Shown piece by piece: positions 41,929 through 54,450 of a DNA stretch of 64,000 nt. Both the position numbers and the translations under genes were made by a program. Position 1 is the stretch's first letter. The number at the start of each line of letters is the position of its first letter. The stretch is from positions 44,268,001 through 44,332,000 of the forward strand of contig OX597829.1 of NCBI GenBank assembly GCA_951406725.2, written 5' to 3'. The notes under the pieces were generated by a model. That model searched no databases. It saw only the letters and a program-made list of their open reading frames with translations, and was not told where the DNA came from. This DNA comes from Octopus vulgaris (taxonomy: Eukaryota).

Positions 41929-42834
41929 TTGTTGCTCACACGTGATCATCGTCCATCATCTTTTCCTTACGTGACCAACTTACTTTTCAAAAATTTAGTT
42001 AAAAATATTAGTAAGAGGATTTCTAGCCTCTCATCTAATGAGGACATCTTCAATAGCGTTGCCCCAGTTTATAATAAGGCTTTAAAAGATAGTGGTTTTA
42101 GCGAAAAAATAAAATATACACCTATCACTAGCCCAACAGTAAGGAAAAGGAATAATAGAAATAGGAAGGTCATCTGGTTTACGCCCCCTTACTCAACCGA
42201 GGTGGCCTTCAATATAGGTAAATATTTCCTAGCACTGATAGATAGACATTTTCCAGTTAACCATACTTATAGGAAACTCTTCAATAGACACCATTTAAAA
42301 ATTAGTTTTAGTTCAACTACCAATTTTAAAAACATAATCAAACATAACATACAAAAAACACAAGAAGAAAACAGCTGTTCATGCAGGAATAAAGAATTGT
42401 GCCCGCTAAATGGAGCTTGCATGTCCAAGACCATCATATATGAAGCTACCGTAAACTCTATAACCACTAAAGACACCGTTTCGACGAAGAAATACGTGGG
42501 CCTTACAGAGGGTAATTTCAAGGCCAGGTTCAATAACCACACTTTGAGCTTTAGGCACTGGAACAAAAGAAAAGCGACACAATTATCCAATCATATTTGG
42601 TCTTTAAGAGATAAAGGTGTCGATTATAACATACAATGGAAGATTTTGGCCAGATGTAAGCCCTACACTAACGGCAGCGGAAGGTGCGGTCTATGCGACA
42701 TGGAGAGATGGCTTATCTGGAAAAGCAGCTTAGACCCTACTACATGTCTAAATACAAGGACAGAGCTTTTCGGATCATGCCCACATGTGACTAAATTTCT
42801 GTTACGTTTTTGGTCCCCTAAAGAAAACAGATAG
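41929..42834 (+). CDS. 5'-truncated Penelope-like element ORF (RT thumb + GIY-YIG endonuclease), Naiad-type
   Basis: Uninterrupted 301-aa frame: 'ISKRIS.LSSNE.IF....Y..ALK.SG', 'RNRKVIWF.PPYS', 'CSC....CPLNG.C', 'IIYEA...YVGLTE..FKARF..H', 'CGLC..E', 'LN.R.EL...C.H'. True homology starts near 41985; probably not translated as such. Confidence 0.9.
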   Translation: MLLTRDHRPSSFPYVTNLLFKNLVKNISKRISSLSSNEDIFNSVAPVYNKALKDSGFSEKIKYTPITSPTVRKRNNRNRKVIWFTPPYSTEVAFNIGKYFLALIDRHFPVNHTYRKLFNRHHLKISFSSTTNFKNIIKHNIQKTQEENSCSCRNKELCPLNGACMSKTIIYEATVNSITTKDTVSTKKYVGLTEGNFKARFNNHTLSFRHWNKRKATQLSNHIWSLRDKGVDYNIQWKILARCKPYTNGSGRCGLCDMERWLIWKSSLDPTTCLNTRTELFGSCPHVTKFLLRFWSPKENR

Positions 42835-43027
42835 ATCATGCTTTCTGTGTTATGTCCCAAGAAGAATTTATATATTTTTATATATTTTTATATATTTTTT
42901 ATGTATTTTTATATAATTTTTATGACGAAAAATGCGAGCGATGTATAAGTACGCAGGCAAGCAGAGTTATAACAGAGTAATTTCCCTTTATTTTAACGGT
43001 ATTTTTTCACAACGTTTTCAAATAGCC

Positions 43028-43090
43028 AGATAACCGAAGAGATGGTGTTGTGGATTTCCACTTGGGCATCTGAAACTCAGAGTTTTATCT
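43028..43090 (+). ncRNA. Type-I hammerhead (U4C core) in the 3' UTR of the Naiad-type PLE
   Basis: AGAUAA-CCGAAGA-GAUG..GUGGA/UCCAC..CAUC-u-GAAAC-ucaga-GUU-UUAUCU; 6-bp stem I; the element ends at (TA)n near 43188. Confidence 0.75.
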
Positions 43091-43184
43091 TGACTACCGA
43101 GTAATGTAACATATTGTATAGATAAATTTCCTCTATTTACATAATATTGAGGTCTCTTTCTTTCTTTTGTTATCTTACCGTTTT

Positions 43185-43257
<73 letters not shown>

Positions 43258-43262
43258 TATAT

Positions 43263-43682
43263 AGGTGCAGGAGTGGCTGTGTGGTAAGTAACTTGCTAAC
43301 CAACCACATGGTTCCGGGTTCAGTCCCACTGCGTGGCATCTTGGGCAAGTGTCTTCTGCTATAGCCCCGGGCCGACCAATTCCTTGTGAGTGGATTTGGT
43401 AGACGGAAACTGAAAGAAGCCTGTCGTATATATGTATATATATATATATGTGTGTGTATGTGTGTGTGTGTTTGTGTGTCTGTGTTTGTCCCCCTAGCAT
43501 TGCTTGACAACCGACGCTGGTGTGTTTACGTCCCCGTCACTTAACGGTTCGGCAAAAAGAGACCGATAGAATAAGTACTGGGCTTACAAAAGAATAAGTC
43601 CCGGGGAGTCGATTTCCTCGACTAAAAGGCGGTGCTCCAGCATGGCCGCAGTCAAATGACTGAAACAAGTAAAAGTAAAAGT
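43263..43682 (+). mobile_element. SINE family A, full length
   Basis: Complete homology to the other family A copies. Confidence 0.9.
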
Positions 43683-43709
43683 ATGTCAGAAATATAGAAT
43701 TGTATTAAT

Positions 43710-44062
43710 GTACGATAGTAAGATCTCCAAAAGCGCAGGGGGCGGCAGGGAAAAAATGCGTGCGGCTATTGACAACACTGTTGTGCTTGTTGTGCATGCG
43801 CCTGCGCCTGCGCCTGCGCCTGCCGCTGGGCGCGCCTCGCTCCCACGCACAGTCTTGGTTTGGCAGTCGTATCTGATGGAGCTCCCGGTTGAAGCTACCG
43901 CCAAGTGTGACGTTCGCGCAGTTAATCGGTTTTTGAACGCAAAAGGCATTAAACCGATTTGAAATTCATCGCCAATTAACGGAAGTGTAGGGCGAGTCGT
44001 GCATATGATCTCAAAAATGTCCGCAAGTGGTGTTGGGGGTTTGCAGTTGGTCGTACTGAAAG
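43710..44062 (+). mobile_element. Mariner 5' fragment (N-terminal HTH)
   Basis: 'MELPVEATAKCDVRAV.RFLNAKGIKP.EIHRQLTEV.GE...KNVRKWC..F..GRT' across frameshifts. Confidence 0.8.
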
Positions 44063-45397
44063 GCGGTTCTGCAAATTTGCATTTAATTATTTATTTCGAA
44101 AACTGAGATTACAGATTCAGATTAAAAAATGTATATAGCCCATTTCAGTTTATTTTCTCAGGTGATTAACTTGAAATGTACGATTGTATCGGCACCCTTT
44201 CAACACTCAAGTAGGGTATCTATCGAAACCTGCTACAGCAGACTCTGAGACTGCCTTCAGTTATGGTTGATTGCTGGTTTCCGCACCTAGAAAGCTTTTT
44301 ATGGACATGTGATATAGAAGACTACCTGCTACTTATACATGCAAGTATCTCCTTTCGTTCTTCACGTCACCGATAATGTTCAAGGAAAGGTGAAGACTGA
44401 TACAGTTTAGCGCCAGTTTCATCGCTGTCATGGCCGCCAGAACACAAAGAACCGGAAAAGTACCAATTTACTGCAGTTTGATGGAAGATGAAGTGTTCCT
44501 TGTCAGTATTTGAATTCGGAGTGCAGAGGGTTGAAATAAATACTGCAGGCATACTCTCTGATGCGCCAGAGAATTTTCCATTTCGCTGACATAAGTATAA
44601 CTTGCCTTCCAGCATTTTGGGGTCGATAAAATAAGTACAAGTCGAACCTCTCCTCCGAAGTTGCTGGCCTTGTACCAACATTTGAAACCAATACTATCAC
44701 AACGATCGTAAGGGTGCATGGTCTAGTGTTTAGGATTTTGCATGCCAGATCGCGGGTTCAATATCAGAATTGGTTGGCGCGTTCTATTCATGAGCAAATC
44801 TCTTCATCTCGTGTTGCACTGTAATCATATCGACACCTGACGTGCGGCCCACCATGCACCTGCTCAGGTAACGTCGATTTTGATGGAGAGAGTGAGCTTA
44901 ATTGGCGGTACGAACACTTGATCACTATGAAACAAATCAATTATGAAGGCTGTTCTGCAAAAAAAATTGCAGAAATTCCTTTCTATGACCAAGAGAGAGA
45001 GAGAGAGTAGGAGGGTGAGAGAGAGAGAGAGAGAGAAAGAGTAGGAGGGTGAGAGAGAGAGAGGGTAGGAGGGTGAGAGAGAGAGAGAGAGTAGGAGGGT
45101 GAGAGAGAGAGAGAAACTACCATCACTGTCACTATCATCACAAACCAATATCACGGCAGAAACGCCGTCTTCCAATGCCAGAATCATTATCGCCACAACC
45201 ACCACAACCACCACTATCACTACCACCGCTACCACCATCATCACCGCCATCATCACCATTGTCACCACCACAACCATAACCACCGCTGCCACCACCACCA
45301 CCATCATCACCGCCATCACCACCCTCACCAAGATCACCACCATCACTACTATCACCAACACTGCGGCTAAAACACTGCCATTACAGCCATCATTACC

Positions 45398-45429
<32 letters not shown>

Positions 45430-45503
45430 CAAAACCACACTATCATCACTACTGAGTGAACTGGAGCAACATGAAATAAAGTATCTTGCTCAAGAACACA
45501 ACA

Positions 45504-45592
45504 ATACCCTGTTGTTGGTATTGAAATTCCAATGAAGTAGCCTCTTTTTCTGTTGGCAAGAAATCTTGAAATAAAACTGAACAATGACAAGC
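45504..45592 (+). mobile_element. Isolated 3' tip of the (CATA)n-associated LINE
   Basis: Reverse-complement similarity to 37431-37540, followed by cata repeats; bracketed by inverted CORE-like SINE pieces (about 45452-45503 and 45672-45722). Confidence 0.55.
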
Positions 45593-45955
45593 ATAAATAT
45601 ATACATACATACACACGCCCAAACGTACATACACACAGATAGTGAATTTGATTTCCTGTCTGGGCTGTGTATTGTGTTCTTGAGCAAGACACTTTATTTC
45701 ATGTTGCTTCAGTTCACTCAGCTGTAGAAATGAATTGCAATGTCACAGGTGCCAAGCCGTATCAGTTCCTTTGCCTTTCCCTTGGATAACATCGTTGGTG
45801 TGGAGATTGGAGGATGGTATGCATGGGTCTTCCATAAACAGTCTTTCCTAGACTTGTGCCTTGGAGGGGAGCTCTTTAGGTGCAATCTCATGGTCACTCA
45901 TGACTGAAGGGGAGGGGGGTCTTTACCCATATACACACATACATATGTGTGTGTG

Positions 45956-45999
<44 letters not shown>

Positions 46000-46033
46000 T
46001 ATATACATATATACATGTATGTGTATATATGTA

Positions 46034-46077
<44 letters not shown>

Positions 46078-46514
46078 TATATACACACACACATATGTGT
46101 GTGTGTTTGGGTAAAGATCCCCTTCAGTCATGTATACGTATGTTTGTATATTTATGCATGTATGAGTGTATGTATGTATGTATGCAGATATAAATATATA
46201 TGTCTACATATACATGTGTGTCTGTTACTGTGTATGTGGGGAACACCATTTTTTTTAGTTTTTTTAAAATTATATTTCCTTTGTTCTAAATTTTTTTTTT
46301 AATGAAGAAGGATTTAATTGCTATCAAAATCCAGCGCTATGCCGAGTTATACTGAGTTGATAACGTCATCAACAGCTCTTTCATATCCAACAACTTAAAC
46401 ACTATTGGCTTCCAGCTATTTTTTTGATCTCTCCTATTTTTAAAATGTCCGCTTATTTCATTTTGTTTTTATGTATTTTTCTTTCGATTCGGTATTCGTT
46501 CGGACTTCTTTATT

Positions 46515-46545
<31 letters not shown>

Positions 46546-46548
46546 TTC

Positions 46549-46597
<49 letters not shown>

Positions 46598-46622
46598 TTC
46601 TTTCTTTCTTTCTTCCTTTCAT

Positions 46623-46671
<49 letters not shown>

Positions 46672-46817
46672 TGCATTATACTCCCTTCCTTTTTCGTTTC
46701 CGTCGTCGTCCTTTTGTTTTAGTTCGTTTTCTTTTATATGTGTCTATGCAATCTTTTTAGCCGTTCAACATGTGTGCTTGGGTATGTGTAATGTGCATGT
46801 GTGTGAGTGAATATGCG

Positions 46818-46852
<35 letters not shown>

Positions 46853-46854
46853 TA

Positions 46855-47260
46855 CTCTCTTTTACTCTTTTACTTGTTTCAGTCATTTGACTGCGGCCAT
46901 GCTGGAGCACCACTTTTAATCCACCAGCTCGACCCCGGGACTTATTCTTTTTGTAAGCCCAGTACTTATTATATCGGTCTCTTTTGCCGAACCGCTAAGT
47001 GACGGGGACGTAAACACACCAGCATCGGTTGTCAAGCAATGCTAGTGGGACAAACACAGATACACAAACACACACATACACATACATATATATACATATA
47101 TACGACATGCTTCTTTCAGTTTCCGTCAACCAAATCCACTCACAAGGCATTGGTCGGTCCGGGGCTATAGCAGAAGACACTTGCCCAAGATGCCACGCAG
47201 TGGGACTGAACCCGGAACCATGTGGTTGGTTAGCAAGCTACTTACCACCCAGCCACTCCC
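46855..47260 (-). mobile_element. SINE family A, full length
   Basis: Complete homology to the other family A copies. Confidence 0.9.
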
Positions 47261-47549
47261 ATATATGGCGGGGGTATTTGTACACACACACACGCACTTA
47301 CATACAAACATACACACATATATATAAAGATAGATAGATACACACATACATAGACAGACTAACAGGTAGAGAGACAGGCAGACAGATAGATAGACAGACA
47401 GATGGACAGACAGATAGATAAATAGAGAAATAGATGATAGACAGATAGATAGATGAAAGATAGATAAATAGCTAGACAGACAGACAGACAGATAGATAAA
47501 TAGATAGATTGATAGATAGATCTGCACATACATATATGTATACGTGTGT

Positions 47550-47721
47550 GCCGTTACGTTCTGAGTTCAAATTCCGCCGAGGTCGACTTTGACTTTCATC
47601 CTTTCGGGGTCGATAAATTAAGTACCAGTTGCGCACTGGGTTCGATGTAATCGACTTAATCCGTTTGTCTGTCCTTGTTTGTCCCCTCTATGTTTAGCCC
47701 TTTGTGGGTAGTAAAGAAATA
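47550..47721 (+). mobile_element. SINE family B, 5'-truncated
   Basis: Homology to the other family B copies. Confidence 0.85.
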
Positions 47722-48321
47722 TATATACGTAAATGCAAAGATGATGACGACATGTGTTCAATTTTATCGTCAATTATTTGTTCTCAACCTGGTTATTTCT
47801 CTTCTGCTTTTCGTATTCCATTGTTTGGATTAAATTTTGACATTTTTGACTTTTTTATTTGATTGCTTTTGAAGTTGATTTTCTTTTCAAACATCCTTCA
47901 TTTTTGTCTAACATTTATAATATCGTGTATTTTTCTACTCTTCTTCTTCTTCTTCTTCTTCTTCTTCTTCTTCTTCTTCTTCTTCTTCTTCTTCTTCTTC
48001 TTCTTCTCATTATCATTATTATTGAATGAGAGAACAGGGAATACCATCAAAGTGACACTGGGTATAAGTATACAAAGCCCAATATACCCGTCTAATAGGA
48101 GTACAACAGACACATGCATCACAAACATATGCGCGTGACATAGTGATCTCATATCACGATAAACAGCACAGCACATCACCTTACAAAGTGGGGCCCAGTT
48201 AGAATTATCTTCTGGTTGAGTAGCCCACCCCGCTCAAATGGTTCTTGAATAATAAGGGTTGTTTAACGATTTTGAAGGAAACACTCAACTTTCCAAAGGT
48301 GAATTATTCAAACTACAAAGA

Positions 48322-48395
<74 letters not shown>

Positions 48396-48404
48396 TACTA
48401 TTAC

Positions 48405-48435
<31 letters not shown>

Positions 48436-48522
48436 GTTGTTGTTGTTGTTGTTGTTTTTGTTGTTGTTGTTGTTGTTGCTGCTGATGTTATTGTCGTCGT
48501 CGTCGTTGTTGTTGTTGTTGTA

Positions 48523-48558
<36 letters not shown>

Positions 48559-48984
48559 GCAGGATTGCTGTATCTCTAGATTCCATCCAGTGTCCAGGTG
48601 GTCAGCTTTCATTAGTTCCTAATTAATTAACATAGAAGTTTGCACTTCTTGTTCCTGAAATCATTATTCCGGTTACCATTCGTGCAAATTGGTTGGTCGT
48701 GTTTGTGAGGAACCGTTTAATAGTTGCTCGACCAGCAAGAAACAGTAGCTGAATCTGTCCTAAATCATACTCTGTTTCTAACAAACAAAAGACGATTGTC
48801 ACGGACTGAACATTTTAATCATAATAGTGCTAAGCATGGAAATCGAAATCAATTTTGTCGGAAATACACGTGAAAAATGAATACACATACAAATACACGT
48901 TAATGAACAACGGCTACATGATTAATCGTTCCTTATTTAGTTCCGAAAGTTAATTGTCTTTGCTTTTGTTGATTTGTGTAGTCT

Positions 48985-49023
<39 letters not shown>

Positions 49024-49191
49024 TTTGTTTGTTTGCTTGTTTGTTTCATCACTCTTTCAGTATTTCGAATCACCATTTTTTTTTTATGAAACATTATCGT
49101 TTCAGTAAAGAAGTGAATTTAAAACCAGCAGATTAATCTTATTAATAAATGAAATGGGACTGCAGAGAGGGAGAGAGGGAGAGAGAGAGGG

Positions 49192-49222
<31 letters not shown>

Positions 49223-49240
49223 GATGGAGAGAGAGAGAGA

Positions 49241-49805
49241 GGGAGAGTCAGTAGGAGAGTGAGAGAAAGAGAGTGTGAGAGACGGAGAAGCAGGAAGGAG
49301 GAGGAGAGAGGAGAAAGTGGGAGGGAGAGTCAGTAGGAGAGTGAGAGAAAGAGAGTGTGAGAGACGGAGAAGCAGGAAGGAGGAGGAGAGAGGAGAGAGG
49401 AGAAAGTGGGAGGGAGAGTCAGTAGGAGAGTGAGAGAAAGAGAGTGTGAGAGACGGAGAAGCAGGAAGGAGGGAGAGAGGAGAAAGTGGGAGGGAGAGTC
49501 AGTAGGAGAGTGAGAGAAAGAGAGTGTGAGAGACGGAGAAGCAGGAAGGAGGAGGAGAGAGGAGAAAGTGGGAGGGAGAGTCAGTAGGAGAGTGAGAGAA
49601 AGAGAGTGTGAGAGACGGAGAAGCAGGAAGGAGGAGGAGAGAGGAGAAAGTGGGAGGGAGAGTCAGTAGGAGAGTGAGAGAAAGAGAGTGTGAGAGATGG
49701 AGAAGCAGGAAGGAGGAGGAGAGAGGAGAAAGGGGGAGGGAGAGTCAGTAAGAGAGTGAGAGAAAGAGAGTGTGAGAGACGGAGAAGCAGGAAGGAGGAG
49801 GAGGG
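49241..49805. repeat. Purine-rich minisatellite, ~82-bp unit, about 7 copies
   Basis: Unit starts 'gggagagtcagtaggagagtgagagaaag...' at about 49241, 49323, 49412, 49492, 49574, 49656 and 49738. Confidence 0.92.
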
Positions 49806-50189
49806 AAAAGGAATGAGGAAGTCAGAGAAGAAGGAAGGGAGAGAGAGAGAGAGAAGGAGAGAGGCAGCGAGATAGATACAGAGAGAGACAGACAGACAGA
49901 GACAGAGACAGACAGACAGAAAGCAAGAGAGAAGGAAAGAGAGAGACAAAGAGAGAAAGAGAGAAAACCTGCTGTTTAATGGCAATCATTATTGCAATTT
50001 GTTTCCAATTGATATTTTTTTTATTTTTCATTATTATTATTATTATTTTTTTTTTTTGAAGAACCGAAGTTTCGCTGCAAAAGTTCTTTATTCAAAACAA
50101 CTTGATGAAACTTGTTATTTCATTTCATTTCATCGACTTAACCACGTCATCAACTCCTTAATAAATTACAAAACAAAAAGAACATATAT

Positions 50190-50294
<105 letters not shown>

Positions 50295-50809
50295 TATGTC
50301 CATGCATACATACATACATACAAAATGTCGTCCGCGTTGTTATTGTTTAAACGTTTCAAGAAGGAAGTCTAAGCTGACATGCTAATGTTTTAGAAAATGT
50401 AAAATTAAAAATAACAAGAGGCAGCAGTTAATACATTACGAAACAAATAATAACAACGCCGAAGACAAAAATGACAAAAACCAAAAAAAAAAAACAACTT
50501 AAAGCCACAAACTGTAAGCCTTGATGGCAATGACATAAAGAAGGACTAAAAAAAATAAACAACAACAACAACAACAACAAGGTGAAACATTAAGCACAGC
50601 AGCTAATGCAAAGGAGATTAATAAGAACAACGGGTAAAAAAGAAAGCAAAAAAACAAAAATAACAACAAAAAACAATAGAACGAGGAGGAGGGAGTGGAT
50701 AGGGTGGAGGGGGAGGATGGGAGGATGAGTAGAATAAGGAGGAGGAGGAGGTGTAGAAGAAGATGGAAGAAGTAGTGGAGGAAAAAGAAGGTGTATAATG
50801 AGATGGAAG

Positions 50810-51053
50810 TAGTTGTAGTAGTAGTAGAAGAAGAAGAAGAAGAAGAAGAAGCAGCAGCAGTAGTAGTAGCAGTAGTAGTAGTAGTAGTAGTAGTAGCAGT
50901 AGCAGCAGCAACTGTAGTAGTAGAATAATAATAAGAAGAAGAAGGAGGAGGGGAGGAGGAGGAGGTGTAGAAGATGGAAGTTGTAGGAGTAGTGGCAGTA
51001 GTAGCAGCAGTAGTAGCAGCAGTAGTAGCAGCAGTAGCAGCAGTAGTAGTAGT

Positions 51054-51112
<59 letters not shown>

Positions 51113-51173
51113 CAGAAGCAGCAGCAGTACTAGTAGTAGTAGTAGTAGTAGTTGCAGAAGATGCAGCAGTAGC

Positions 51174-51208
<35 letters not shown>

Positions 51209-51263
51209 CAGCAGAAGCAGCAGCAATGGCAGCAGCAGCAGCAGCAGCTGTAGCAACAGCAGC

Positions 51264-51313
<50 letters not shown>

Positions 51314-51368
51314 CAGCAGAAGCAGCAGCAATGGCAGCAGCAGCAGCAGCAGCTGTAGCAACAGCAGC

Positions 51369-51409
<41 letters not shown>

Positions 51410-51502
51410 AAGAAGAAGAAGAAGAAGAAGAAGAAGAAGAAGAAGAAGAAGAAGAAGAAGAAGAAGAAGAAGAAGAAGAAGAAGAAGAAGAAGAAGAAGA
51501 AG
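50810..51502. repeat. Compound (TAG)n/(CAG)n/(GAA)n tract
   Basis: Direct reading of the sequence. Confidence 0.92.
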
Positions 51503-51940
51503 GGTATTACGTGGCGAGAAGCAAGGCTAGCATCTGTGAAGACTGATCAAAAAGTTCTGTCGGCATTTCCTTTACGGCAAGATTTAGGCATTTTACTAGT
51601 GACCGGTTCTTATCGTATGTCAGTCGCTCAAGATTATTGGCTCCAAAATTAAGACAAAAATTATAAGAAACTTTGAAATAAATCATAGTTATTCATATAT
51701 GTTTAAGCTTTGCATATAGCAGCGGTCGTCGTCACACAATTTCAATGCACCATACCAGAAATATAAATAGGTATTGAGGTATGTTGGTGTCACTGATAGT
51801 GGTAAAAGGAGTTGTAGTGGTGATATTTTGTCATTTTAGTGTTGCTACGGTTCTTAGTTTATGCTCGTGACATTGGCATTGCTTTGCTTACAAAGTGGTT
51901 TCTACTGGTGATGATAATGGCATTGACATCTTTTGTGTCA

Positions 51941-52165
51941 CTGGCAGAAACGATAGCACGCCGGGCGAAATGCGTAGCCGTATTTCGTCTGCCGTTACGT
52001 TCTGAGTTCAAATTCCGCCGAGGTCGACTTTGCCTTTCATCCTTTCGGGGTCGATAAATTAAGTACCAGTTACGCACTGAGGTCGATATAATCTACTTAA
52101 TCCGTTTGTCTGTCCTTGTTTGTCCCCTCTGTGTTTAGCCCCTTGTGGGTAGTAAAGAAATAGGT
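51941..52165 (+). mobile_element. SINE family B
   Basis: Homology to the other family B copies. Confidence 0.9.
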
Positions 52166-52844
52166 ATTAGTGACAGAGTCAGCCATTGGTTCTCATTGGT
52201 TCTCATGGTTCTCAATGCGATGTTAGTATGGATACAGTGCGAGCCGCGTCAACACCACCATTGTTTTGGCAACATCTGGTGGAGACGATGGTGAGTTTAG
52301 CAGTGCTGTTGTCGATAGTAATCGTAGTTTTGCCATACTTTGAACGAATGGGAGTAACGCTGCATAATTTTTAGCGTTCGATTTGTTCAAAGAAGACGAG
52401 ATCCTCGTGTTTTAATATTACCATAATTCTTTCTCTTCTTATTCTACTCTCTTTCTCGACGACCATTATCTTCCAGGGCATGATGTATCTCTTTGTTTTG
52501 ATTTCTAAAACAAAATATTTTTAAATGATTTTCGACAAATGCGTATCTTTCCAGCAACGGAAATAAACAAAATATTACTCTTTTACGCACTCTAGTTAGT
52601 TTGGAAATAAAATATGTAGTAATATATAAAGTCACCATGTAGAATGAATCGTAAATTTATTAGTCTACCTGAGCCTTTTATGTCCATTTCTTTATTTCTG
52701 TTTTTTTGTATTTTGATTATAAGTATATTTTGTCTGTGTCACTATATCTATGTCTTGAGGTTTGTTTGTAAATTGCTGAAAATGGCAGATCACTTGCGCA
52801 GGTAGTCTCGCACTGAGTAAAATTACGGTGAGACCCAATACTCT

Positions 52845-53053
52845 GTTACTCTTTTACTTGTTTCAGTCATTTGACTGGGGCCATGCTGGAGCACCGCCTT
52901 TAGTCGAGCAAATCGACCCCGGGACTTATTCTTTGTATAAGCCCAGTACTTATTCTATCGGTCTCTTTTGCCGAACCGCTAAGTGACGGGGACGTAAACA
53001 CACCAGCATCAGTTGTCAAGCAATGCTAGGGGGACAAACACAGACACACAAAT

Positions 53054-53095
<42 letters not shown>

Positions 53096-53261
53096 CTATA
53101 TAGATATATACGACAGGCTTCTTTCAGTTTCCGTCTACCAAATCCACTCACAAGGCATTGGTCTGTCCGGGGCTATAGCAGAAGACACTTGCCCAAGATG
53201 CCACGCAGTGAGACTGAACCCGCAACCATGTGGTTGGTTAGCAAGCTACTTACCACACAGC
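52845..53261 (-). mobile_element. SINE family A
   Basis: Homology to the other family A copies. Confidence 0.9.
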
Positions 53262-53339
53262 CTGGTGGACTTATTTAAACAAACCGCTCGAGGAAGTCCA
53301 TTTTACACCTTGGATGGATGATAATGATTACACAACATC

Positions 53340-54000
53340 ACTGCAATGTACTATGGGTGCAAAAATGTTTCGAAACAATTATAGTGATTTTAAATTTTTT
53401 AAAAATGCCGTTTATCCCGTGTTCTATCATTTATCGGTTTATATAAACTCTACGGATAATATATGTGAACACATCAGAAGTATATTGCTACGTATGCCAG
53501 GCCAACCTGTCGCCACCGACTTCAACGCTGTGAATCATCCTATTGCAGATTTATCAGCGTGTGGCAAGGCTTTGCACCACGGACCCTACTCCCATCCTTC
53601 TCTAGGAAACGAAAGGGGCAACGTCTCATATTTATGGTTAGCACGACATTCCCGACAGGTATGAATGAAAGTCTTTCCTTTCATCCTTTCACCTCCTCTG
53701 AATTCTTTTTTTACCCTTTTTAATCCTCCTTCCACCCTCTCTCTGCAACATTCCCGCAACATTACCTCTACTCCCTCCATCACCCTTTTCCTCTTCCTTT
53801 CTGCACGCCCTCTCCTATAACTTCCGTTTCACGTTTGCAGCCCATATAATCCTGCATCGATTATCATTGCAACCAGTTTTTCAAGCTGAGAAGACGTAAA
53901 ACTGCTAGTCTTTCTTCAACTTATCTTTTTCACTAACACCTGATGAAGGATTGCATCCGAAACTTTGGATAATCTACGCTTCACGGCAAATTCACTTCTT
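53340..54000 (+). mobile_element. Neptune-like PLE 3' remnant: GIY-YIG C-terminus, pyrimidine-rich UTR, partial hammerhead
   Basis: 'EHIRSI....PGQPVA.DFN..NH.I.DL', then after a frameshift 'RKRKGQRLIFMVSTTFPTGMNE'; CUGAUGA-A-GGAU(ugc)AUCC-GAAAC at 53940-53963 lacks its 3' half. Confidence 0.75.
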
Positions 54001-54141
54001 TCTGTGTATGTATATATGCACACACACACATATACACTTATATAGATATATCTATATCTATCTATCTATCTCTCTCTCTATATATATACATATATATAAT
54101 ATATATACACGTTCATATAAATATATATATGTAAATATATA

Positions 54142-54232
<91 letters not shown>

Positions 54233-54316
54233 ATTAGAGACAAAACCACTATTTTGCAAAACAAACAAGGAAAGACTTAATCAATACATAAAATTTTAAT
54301 AAAAAGTAAAAAACCG

Positions 54317-54359
54317 CCACTACAATTGTTTCATGTCTTGATCGACAATCTTCAGGTGG
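54317..54359 (-). ncRNA. Minimal type-I hammerhead, canonical core (left arm)
   Basis: Minus strand: CCAC-CUGAAGA-u-UGUC(gaucaa)GACA-u-GAAAC-aauu-GUA-GUGG. Confidence 0.85.
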
Positions 54360-54407
54360 ATTTCCGATTTTCAAGTCAAATTTGAAACTGACTTGAAAAT
54401 CGGAAAT

Positions 54408-54450
54408 CCACCTGAAGATTATCGATCAAGACATGAAACAATTGTAGTGG
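54408..54450 (+). ncRNA. Minimal type-I hammerhead, canonical core (right arm)
   Basis: CCAC-CUGAAGA-u-UAUC(gaucaa)GACA-u-GAAAC-aauu-GUA-GUGG; one stem II mismatch. Confidence 0.8.

Noticed and set aside
41929-42834. Selenocysteine recoding, as reported for some Naiad PLEs
   Set aside because: No in-frame TGA in this fragment; the conserved cysteines use TGT/TGC and I recognised no SECIS.
49241-49805. CRISPR-like regular array
   Set aside because: The units are contiguous with no unique spacers, there are no cas genes, and the context is eukaryotic.
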